Source of the DNA: Octopus sinensis
Lineage: Eukaryota
Reading direction: 5' to 3'
NCBI RefSeq assembly: GCF_006345805.1
Contig: NC_043014.1
Coordinates: 39,680,001-39,744,000, forward strand
DNA length: 64,000 nucleotides
In this document: piece by piece, positions 14,101 through 25,509 of the stretch
Position numbering within the stretch: the stretch's first letter is position 1
Layout: each line of letters opens with the position of its first letter
Position numbers and translations under genes: made by a program
The notes under the pieces: generated by a model
Seen by the model: only the letters and a program-made list of their open reading frames with translations
Told to the model about the DNA's origin: nothing
Database searches by the model: none

Positions 14101-17100
14101 AAAAAGATTAAGATTGTTAAATTAAACTTGCTTACCTCATGCTGGCCTGCACTACCACACAAGTAACACATAGTGCGAACACATAAAGGTGTAGAAACAA
14201 GGATAGCTAAACCCTGCTCCCATACACGACATAAATCACAATCATCCTGAAAGAGAACAAATATTTTTAATTTTAAAAAAAAATCAAATCATGATGAAAC
14301 AAGGAGTAATAAAAAAAGCATGTAAAAGTTTAACCCCTTAGCATTTAAACTAGCACAAATGTTCTGCTTGTATTAGGTTCAAACATGCCTGATCTGGCCT
14401 CTTACACTTTTGCTACAAAGTCATTCTAAAAATAAACTATCTAAATAAATAAAGGCACACTCGCAAAGAGCACCATACAAGTGTGATCGTTGACAGAGCG
14501 GCTATTCGAGTATGATCGTTACCAGCGTCGCCTTACTGGCACTCATGCCTGTGCTAGTAGGGTGCCAAGAACACCATCCGAGCGTGATCGTTGCCAGAGC
14601 AGCCAACTGGCTTCCGTACCCGTGGCACGTAAAAGGTCACCATTAAAGCGTGATCGTTACCAATGTCACTTCACTGGCACCTGTGTCGGTGGCACGTATA
14701 AAAAGATTCATGCGAGGTCATTGCCAGTACCGCCTGACTGGCCCCCGTGCAGGTGGCACGTAAAAAGCACCCACTACACTCTCGGAGTGGTTGGCGTTAG
14801 GAAGGGCATCCAGCAGTAGAAACTCTGCCAGATCAAGACTGGAGCCTGGTGCAGTCATCTGGTTGCCAGTCCTCAGTCAAAACCGTCCAACCCATGCTAG
14901 CATGGAAAACGGACGTTAAATGATGATGATGATTGCATTTGACAGAGTAATTATGAATACTGAATGGTTAAATGGGCACATGTTGAAAGGGTTAACACAG
15001 GGCTTTTAATAAAGCTGTGTGGTTAAGAACCTTACTTCCCAAACACATCTAGGGTTCAGTCACATAACATGGCACTTGGCTAGTTTTTTCTACTAGAGAT
15101 CTAGGCCAACCAAAGCCTTGTGAGTGGGTTTTAGAGACAGAAACTGAAAAAGCTTGTTGTATATGTGTGCTTCTTTGTATCCTTGATCTGACTTTATATG
15201 ACAGTTATAAGCAAGCATCATCACCATACAGGTGATGTCTTGTTTCCAACCTTCCATAAACACAGTTTACGGGGAAATATTATACCATACTAGAAGACAG
15301 ACAAGGGTTGGTAGCTGGAAGGGCATACAACCATAGAAGAATCCACCTCAACATATCCCATCTGACGCATGCAAGCATTGGAGAAGTGGACGTTAAAATG
15401 ACTATGATGACCATCATCATCTTGTTAACTTCAAAAAAGTTTTTAATCTATGTGACATGGAACTGGGTTACAAAAGTCTTCAAACCAACGTGGATTAGTA
15501 TCAAAATTTCATTAGCTGTAATAACCACTCGGTGGTGGAGTAAAATAAACAATGAAAATGATATTGTTTGGAACACCAAACTCCTAATTCAATTCTATAT
15601 TTCTGAAATGAGGAATTTATATTATGTATTGGTCGGGGTGGTGCCCTCATCTTGGTTGTTGCTTTCACTACACTTCAGCTGTGTAACCTCCAGCCTTCTT
15701 AATGTCTCTTGTGATTCTCCTTAGTGCAGTTACCTAAAGATTCTTAGTTCAATCCCAGGCAAAATACTAAGGTGAATCACAAGACAGCTGAAATGTAGTG
15801 AAAGCAACAATCAAGATGAGGACATGACTCCAACTAACATTAAGATTCTTGTTTCAATAGTTGTTCCACGAAAATTCAAATAAAAATTCATGCATTTCTA
15901 AAACACTGTAAGTAAGGTATCAATATGTTCAAGAAATATGACAGAAATATTTGTCATCACATATAATATTCACAGATTTTCTTCCAACTGTACATAATTA
16001 AAATGTAAATAAATGGATCACAGTTAAACGTTCCAATCACAAGTTTTCAGTTGCTCAACCAACTGTACTACAGGGCATGTCAAGTTAATGCACAAGTGGC
16101 TGAATATTCTACAGACATGTACCAATATTGTAATTTTAGGACAGAATCAGCATAACACAGCGTGCCAAGGCTGGATCCATTACAGGTACACCTTGTTATA
16201 AAGGAAAAGTTATAAAAATGGAAGTTAAACTTCAACAAGGATCTATTCTGAAACATCTTGTATTTGTTTTTGAATGCTAAATAAAAGTAACAAATTTGAT
16301 TATCATTTAATTCATGATCTGATTCTCATTTCAGTGTATTATGTGGGTGTAGGCCTGACTGTGTGGTTAAGAAGCCCATTTTGCAATCATGTGGTTTCAG
16401 CTTTAATTTCATTGTGTGGCACCTTGGGCAATTATCTTCCACAATAGACTCAGGTCAGTCAATGCCATGTGAGTGAATTTGATAGATGGAAACTGTGAAA
16501 ATCCCCATTGAATGTGTGTGTGTGTGTGTGTCTGTCTCCCACTACCACTTGACAACTGGTGCTGGTTTGTTTAACCCTTTCGTTACCAACCCGGCTGAAA
16601 CCGGCTCTGGTTCTGAGTACAAATGTCCTATTTTCAAAAGTTTTGAATTAAAATCTTCCACCAAACCTTAGTCACAATTTATGTTCCTAACACTAGCTGA
16701 AAGATAGCTAAGTTATTTTACTAAATTCTTTGTTATATTTAAAGTAATTGAAAGAAACACAGAGCATCTCAAAATAAATACAATAACGAAAGGGTTAAGT
16801 TCCCATAACAGTTCGGCACAAAAGATCGCTAGGATAAGTACCAGACTTAAAAATTAAACACTAGGGTCCAATTTGTTTGACTAAACCCATCGAGGCTAAA
16901 ACAAGTAAAAAAAAATGATAAAAAGCCTGAGTAAGCTTTCAAAAATAATAAATGAAATCTTACCTTATAATCAACCTTGATACGGTATGCTGTTGGAGAG
17001 TACATGTAATCCTGACTAGTCCATTTGCGCATTGCAATATGTTCAAGATTCTTTGAGCTCAAAAACCCAGCTGCTCCTGAAAACATTGGTGGTGCTTGAA

Positions 17101-17437
17101 CGTACATGTTCACAGAATCCGTAGACTTGCCATAGAGGGTCACTGCCTAGCAGAAAGGACATTCACACATTTACAGCTCCACACAATGAGGTTCAATTAA
17201 ATAAAGGAGTCAAAAATATTAGAATAAAATTTTCTTTGAAACAACATGAAATCTTTTCATAAAAACTAAGTCTTTACCTGTTGGAGCACTGGAAGTAAAA
17301 ATATTTGTTGATCATGCATGTACCTTCATACATTATTCAAAGTGAAGGTATATATTTTTTTGAAGCCTGTGTTGCCTTGTCTATATGTTGAAAGACATAC
17401 AGAAACACACACACACACACACACAACCAAAAAAAAG

Positions 17438-17484
<47 letters not shown>

Positions 17485-20400
17485 ATCAATATAGGGTGGT
17501 GAAAAAAATTTTGTAGAATTCTTTCTGCCACCAGCGGCCTAGTGGGAAAAAATTAAATAGTCGTAGACCATTTTTAAGTTCAACATCAACAATCAAGGAA
17601 CGGCCATAATAGGCCATTCACCCACTAGAAATAACAGCCAAAGCTTCAACCGCAAATAAAGATCAATTCCGTAAACAGGAGAAAATTTAAAAAAACATTT
17701 ACCTGTAATTTCTTGTACGATGCACCGTTTCGTCTGCTGTTTAATGGTAAACTAACCTGATTAAATTAAATCAAGCCAATCTTCCATAGGCCCTCAGATT
17801 CTTCAGCAAAAATAGCCAAGTCGGAACAGATATTTTCACGAGGCATTTCCGACTCCTGCCAAGGCAATATCTTGGCAGGAGTCGGAAATGCCTCGTGAAA
17901 ATATCTGTTCCGACTTGGCTATTTCTTGCTGAAGAATCTGAGGGCCTATGGAAGATTGGCTTGATTTAATTTAATCAGGTTAGTTTACCATTAAACAGCA
18001 GACGAAACGGTGCATCGTACAAGAAATTACAGGGTAAATGTTTTTTTAAATTTTCTCCTGTTTACGGAATTGATCTTTATTTGCGGTTGAAGCTTTGGCT
18101 GTTATTTCTAGTGGGTGAATGGCCTATTATGGCCGTTCCTTGATTGTTGATATATATATATATATATATTTATATATACAGAAACTTATGTCTTTATTTT
18201 TTTTGAGGTCTGTGTTGTGTTGACAGACTTGCATTAAAAATTAGTTACTAAGGTGACAACACTACCTATTTAACTAGCTTTCACATACACACTCTCTCTC
18301 TTTCTCAATGTATTTCTTTCAACAACTTTTTCTCCACCCCTCCTTCCCTCTCTCTACACAGATGTTACAGACAGACAGAGATCAGCTTCTATTTTATAAT
18401 AGTAGCCTTGAGGCCGCCCAAAGGGCAGCAATCAGGTTAGCTCCTGCAAAGAGCACCTTTGAGGCCTTCAGTCCAACTATCGGGCCACTTCACGACCCTC
18501 TACCCTTGTGTAATGTAATGGACTTAGACACATTCCTTGTATATATCTCCTGGTATTAATTATCTGATACCTCATTCCAAACTCCCTACTTGACATATAT
18601 CCACACAACCATACCCGTACAATCAATACCTATACTTCACTCAAACCCATACCTAAAACCCATGTCCCATTAACTTGTTCATTCAACATGTAACATGAAT
18701 TCCATCTCTGTAACAGTGTGTCAGTATATAAACCCTTGGACCACTTTCTGCCAGCTTTGCTGATAGACATACAGCTAGTTTCTAGCCTTGAAGCCACTCT
18801 TCAGGTGGCATTCAGGCTAGCTCCTGAGGAGGGCTTCTTGGAATTTTGTAGGGTATTCAGGTAGGAAAAATTCTAGAACTCTGGGGCTGAAGGTCCAAGC
18901 ACCAATATGTAACCGGAACAGGAAGATTAGTTTTCCACGTAGACCTAAGTTTCGTAAACTACAAAATATAAATATCCACACTACCACACTTAAAACATAC
19001 CTTGTTATAACTCTTTATCTCGATTTGCACGTGAAAGTATTTAGAATGCCCAAACTCATTTCTGCAAATGTGCTAAGCACTGATGCTGATCATAGTTTAA
19101 TCAATAAGTGTATGAGCAAGGTAAATGCAGTAAAAATAGAAAGGTCACTGGGGCCCTGTTTAAGGAGCCCTTCAGAAATTGAACCTCCTTATGATACTCC
19201 CTGGGAGTTCATAGTATGAAATTCATTGTCATTGCTCCGATTTGGTCGCCAAATGCAATAAAATAGGGGGCTGTCAGTGGGACCCTAATTAGGTGGCTCT
19301 TAAAAAAACAGACTCCCTTAGGACATTCCCTAGGATTATGGGAGTTGCTGGTTTGAGTTTTACTGTCCTTGCACCAAAGGTCTAGGAGGAGTTAACGAAC
19401 ATAAAAACGTAACAAACACAGAAACATCACTCAAATTTATATTAAGATAAGATTATGAGAAAAAAGTACACTAACAATATTTTTCTTGCAGTAGAAATAT
19501 CTGTTTTGTTAAATAATATTAAGTTGAAAACAATAGTTTTGTACAAGGAGCATTTTTATTATGTTTTTTTTTTAATGAAATTTATTCCTAAAGACAGTTA
19601 TACTTTTTATCCTCACCTTTTCTTTGGTCCTTTTCTTCAGTTGTTGAAAAAGAAACTGTCTCTTTAGTTTAACATTAGGTTTGCTGAGTTTGGGTTGATA
19701 CCCGGGAGAAGTGCCACTGTCTAGCTGTCCACCACCACTGCCACCACTTCCAGCTCCCCTTCGGTGACATCGTTGGCTGTTTGATGATATGTTGCATTGT
19801 GCATCTGAATCAACTTTGTTCTCAGAACTCTCTTTTTTGGGTGTGATGAAAGAATTTGTCGCGAATTTTGTATAGCGTGGGAATTTACAACGTCGATTAC
19901 TGAAAAAGAACATATAATCATTTTTAAATGATTTCATCTATTTTTTTAACTAAACAGTCCAATATATAGAGAGGGAGGCTGGTATGCATGAACAATTAAT
20001 GGCCCTTCATAAACAACCTTGCCCGGACTTGTGCCTTAGAGGGGAACTTTCTATGTGCAATCCTATGGTCATTAGTGACCAAAAGGGTTTTTACCTACTA
20101 TAATTTATTGTAATATTACTATCAGTGCCATAAGAGTACCACATATAGTAATATGCTGAGCAGTAATTAATTTTGTTGATTAATGGCAGAGTTGAAATCC
20201 TGCCAGTCAGCTTCAACATTACATTTTAATCAACTGTTGGTCTACAAGAAATATTTTATTCAGTAAAACACACTAAAGCTGTTCCAACACATCATCTATT
20301 ACATCATCGTTTAACATCCATTTTAAATGCTGGCATGGGCTGGACAGTTTGACTGAGGTCTGGAGAGCCAGTGGCTGCACCAGGCTCCATTATATTACAA

Positions 20401-23400
20401 AATATATACAATAGAAATTTATAAAGGACCAAGGGGCATCACCAAAACCCAAGTAATGAGGTGAACAGAGATGACAACTACAGGACTTTTCAATTAATAT
20501 AAGACATATTTCTAAATACAAAAAGAATTAGAAGAGATGTGTTTTCGGGGAAAACAAATTAACTTACATGCAGGCTTGCTTGATAACATTTTTGCCACCA
20601 TATTTTGGTTTGTCACTGTAATTAAAAAAAAAGTTAAAATAACTTACATAACTAACATTTAAATAACTAAATATTAGTTATACAAAGAGATTATTTTTTG
20701 TTTTCCAAATTGAGTGAAAATAAAAAATAAATTTAAACATCCAGTTCTATGATTTCAAAATAAATTTTAGATATATTGATAATTACAATATTTTAGAAAC
20801 ACTTATTTATATTTCCTTTTAAAAGCCACTACAAACTTAAAAGCAAAAAGACAAAAAATAGATTAAAATATCTCTTATAGAATATGAATCATTATCAAAA
20901 ATATCCACCACTATTTACGTCAGAGCAGATGAATCAATTTAACAGAAAAAGGAGACAGAGAAGAAATTATTTAAAATAACTTGAAAATTATACAATCAAC
21001 CAAAAGCAGAATACAAGACACCAAAGAAAGCCCAGAAGCTGGTAACAGACAATATTTAGACTAAAAATATTATTCACTGTAAATAAGCTATCAAATTATT
21101 TTTGATATAAAATTTAAGAACAAATTAAAGCTAAAATAAAGAAAAAGACACAATTTCTGCAGCAGAAAAAAATGATAAATAGAAGTCACTGATCAAAACA
21201 AGGAAATATATATATTTTTTAGAAGCTATATTTTTTCATGGCTTAGTCAAGGGAGAAAGGGCAGTATTCACCTCACCAGACTCCATTCAAGTTCTCTAGG
21301 ACAAGAGGGAGAAAGTAATTCACAGCCCAATTACCTGGTGCAAATGTTTGCAACAGTTTAACCCTTTAGCATTTAAACAGGCCATATCTGGCCCAAATAT
21401 TCTACCTGCTTCATGTTCAAACGGACCAGATCTGGCCTCTCACACCTACCCTACAATGTCATTCTAACATTCTAAAAATAAACAATCACATCATCAAAAT
21501 CTCAAAGCTACAAGATAATGTAAATAAATAAGCAATACATTTTTGACAGAGTAATCTGAATGCTAAAGGGTTATACTCCACTAAGTGCACTCAAGGGCTA
21601 GTTGGTGATGTTAAAATCAGGTGACTGATTAAGTGTATGTCTCAAAGAAACAAAGTCCATCTAGTGGACCTCCACATAGTACCTGTTACCAAATCTCACT
21701 GCCAAGGTTTTAGTTGACCAGAGGTTATAGTAGAAGAATACACTTGCCCAAGGTGCCATATGGTAGAACTGAACCTGAAACCACAAACTATATTTGACAG
21801 CTTATAATGTGCACATTTTTCAACAAAAAAAAATATCTTCCAGAAAATCAGCCAGCACCTTATAAACACAAAGTAAGTATTTAGGTTATTGGCAAAAAAT
21901 GGTTCAGCAACAGATCTAACAAAACTGTAGTACACTTTATAAGTCATCCAGTAGTTTCTTATGCATCTTAAATAAAAGCCATTCAATACAGTAGTTGCTA
22001 GGAAAACTCCAAAACCACATAGCCCATATAAGTATCAAAAAAAGAAAAGATTAAATAAAGAGAATGTTTATATTCTTCAATTTTACAATAAATCAGAGCA
22101 AATACTGAACAGCAATATCTTGAAAATTAAAGATTTAATGGTCACAGCTAGGAAAAGAAAATTTAATTAACCTTCTACAAAACACCAGCAATTTACACCT
22201 CAGAAGACAGAAAAAAATGCTGAAGATTTTCCATTAGGAATCCGTCACTGCTGTGTAGTTATCATGCAGCTATTTCCATTTTTTATTCATTAACTGCAGG
22301 AATAACATTCCAGCTTTTATTCCTCTGTATTCTAATAATTCATTGATTCTCTAGATGAATGGTTCTCAACCATTTTTTACCTGTAGACCCCTTTGATTAC
22401 TATATTATTCGATGTTTAAAAACTAGCTTTATAGATATTTTTTTCAAAATTCCTATTTTGTTTTTTCCGCATGTTCCCTAGTATAAGTTTGCAAAAGCAC
22501 TCTCTGAAAGAACACATTTCAGTTGCCAGAAAGATGCCAGAAAGAAAACTATGTTAAATGAGTGAAAAGTAATCTAGCCGCTTCTTGCAATAAATACATC
22601 TAAAGCAACATTTTTTCATGGACCCTTAAAATGGTTGAGAAACATTGTGTTAAATGAAGAAACAGGGTCAAACCCAATTTGAAGCACAAACATCAATTCA
22701 TTAGTGTTTGTAAAGTATTACCGATGTATTCATCTATCTCACATCATGGGGGCTACACAGCCATAAAATTATCAAAAATAAATTTTTACAGAAGTTCTAA
22801 CTTATAGGATGTTGACAATATCTGTTGTTCATCATAGGTAGTTTGAGCATAAACATTAGATTTACAATACAACTGAAGTTAAAATAGGACAATAGGATGC
22901 TCTACCAATTATAAAATAATGTGACAAATCACTGACATACATTCAAGATTTGGGGAAAAAAACAAACAAGAAATGTCATAAAAACATGAAAGACAGCATT
23001 CATTATTAATTAAGGGGAATATTTATATCTTCTAAAAAAAATTTTAATTATCTACTTTATTCTTGTTTTAAAAAAAAAATAGATAAAAAAAATGAATTTT
23101 ACAAGCTGGTGAAGTCTTGACAAAATCCAATATTGGCCACTTACAGACAATACACACAGACACCGCAGTCATCAGCCAGGCAGCCCTCACATTGTTTACA
23201 GCGCACCTTGCGACGGCGACGTAGTTTCAGAACACTTCCAGACTTGGTAGTAGTGCCCTTGTTACCAGTTGGAGTCCGGCAGGTGGAAGTATCATTTGCT
23301 GCGGAACTTGATTCACTCGGATTACAGACATTGTCTTCGCTATGAATGATTTCTTCTTTCAAGCATTTCTCATCAGAAATATCTAAGAAAAGAGAAACAT

Positions 23401-25449
23401 TTTTATGCCTTATAAAGATCTGATCGTAATTGTTACAGTTGTTGGAAGTCAAAATAAACTAATACAAGTTTATTGTTTATAAACAGTAAAATTTTGCTAG
23501 TTCACTTTTAAACAAGTTGAAATATTTTATAAGATGAATAAAAGTTTTAAAACTCATCGTATATTAGCAATTTCATTTACTAAAATTTTAAACAGAAATA
23601 TCAAGCAGCATAATAGCAAATATTTTAACAAATGCTCACCAGCTTAAAGTTGACTAAAGGTTGTATCTGATGAGCAGACTTGCTACACAGAACAGAAGAC
23701 ATCAACAATTCAAAATAAAGTATGCTAATAATTTTCTATTTCTTATAAAACATGTCAGATACCAAAGAAATTGAAACATGCTGAATAAGCTACATTAAAA
23801 TTGCAGTACAAATACATTCTTTTTACAGATAATACGACCAAATAATATGAAATTGGTTGAATTCTAAATTTCAAAAATGAGATATCACTGTAAATTTTTA
23901 CAGTCCACTATTACCATGTATTGCTTTTTGTTTTCAGTATTTCCTAACTGTTTGACAAAAAGGTGAAAATTATGAAAAAAATGTTTAAAAAATAAATAAT
24001 AATAAAAATATGCCCAAATCAATTGCTTAAACAATTACCTTTTGATCGTCTACTCCTGCGATTATTTTGCTTATTTTTTGGTGACATTAACTGAACAAAA
24101 TCTGCTTCATCGCAGCTAACTGCAGTAGATGATATTCCCTCTCCTTTTTTCACGGAGGGTGAGGATCTTTTTGCCGGAGAGAACACCAAATCGTTATCAG
24201 ATAATTGTTTTTCACTGCTTGCAAGAGTAACTGCATCAATGTCACTGGGGAAAATCTCTTTACATCGACGTAAACGGCAAGCATTGCACTGAGATTTGTT
24301 TAACCGAGTTATAGAACAGTTCCCTGAAGAAAAAATACCAATGAATAATAAGTAACATCATACATATACACACAATTTCCAAAGCAAGGTAACCTCTTAA
24401 TTAAAATCTAACATTATAGTTTAAAGAAAATAAGTTCTCATACACAGAGCCAACATTAAAACCCTATTTCCTATTATATGTTTGGCCAGCATTTATTTTA
24501 CTTCACAATCACAAGAATAAAAATGCTTCAAAACTGCTTAATAGCTGCATGTTTAAAATGCTGGCTTTCTAACCAAGTGGTTCCAAGTTCAATCCCACAG
24601 CACAACAACTTAAGCAAGCATCTTCTATTATAATATTAGGTTAACCTGACGAGCGAGATTTCTTTGATTTAGAAGCTTTGCAGAATCTGGTCTTTTATAC
24701 ATCAATTTAACAACTGCATTTTCATGCAAGTATGGCATAGACAGAAGCTATCTGAAGCAGAATTTTTATGGTTGCATGCCTTTCTCTTCACCAATCCCTA
24801 CCTATTTTGCAAGAAAGGGAATTTTTATTCCAGACTAATTCAAAAGCACAGAGCTAGTGGAAGGTTTGCTGATAGTAAACATCAAAATGAGTCATTGGTT
24901 GCAACCTGGCTGCAAACGACATCTCATTTGTATCCTTATCTCAGCATAGGTTACTGACACATATACACATGAATGTATGTGTGTGTGTGTGCGTATATAT
25001 ATATATAAATCTCTGAGCAAGGTATAAACAGTAGCAGCACAATGTCATGCTGCTACTGTTTAAACCTCGCTCAGAGATTTATTGCTGCTTGTTTCCACTT
25101 TTTGGAGATCAGTGACTTTTCGTCACTGGAAAAAGTATATATATATTTGCATTGAGAACCACTTCCCATCACCAACCGGTGATTGTCACACGCTGATGAC
25201 AGGTCAATACCCAGAAACTCAGGTCCATGTGTATCACGTCAGGCTAGAGATGGGAACGATGATTTCCCTTTGCAAATACTGAGAGGGCACAAATAGTGTG
25301 TCAATAGCCAGCTGGAGGAGATGTCTTCCTGGGGCTATAATAGAAGACACTTACCCAAGGTGCCATGTAGTGGGACTGAACCCGGAACCACATGGTTGGT
25401 AAGCAAGCTACTTACCATACAGCCTGTCCTGCACCTATATTTTATTTAC

Positions 25450-25509
<60 letters not shown>

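Noticed and set aside
14470-14770. CRISPR-like regularly spaced repeats (also 49730-49910)
   Set aside because: The context is eukaryotic. The units are degenerate tandem repeats of the RTE 3' UTR without unique spacers.
17278-17288. 11-nt micro-exon candidate (TTACTTCCAG|TGCTCCAACAG|GTAAAG)
   Set aside because: It would frameshift to an immediate stop, exons 7 and 8 already join in frame, and chance occurrence is likely.
19020-19400. Possible degraded LINE coding fragments (also ~27170-27400, 28650-28900 and 54120-54430)
   Set aside because: Composition differs from the flanks, but I could not read a convincing conserved peptide, so they are left unannotated.
24644-24670. CTGACGAGCGAGA hammerhead-like half core (also CTGAGGAGGGC at ~18827 and CTGATGAGCAG at ~23668)
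   Set aside because: No properly placed GAAA, helix II closure or cleavage triplet follows.
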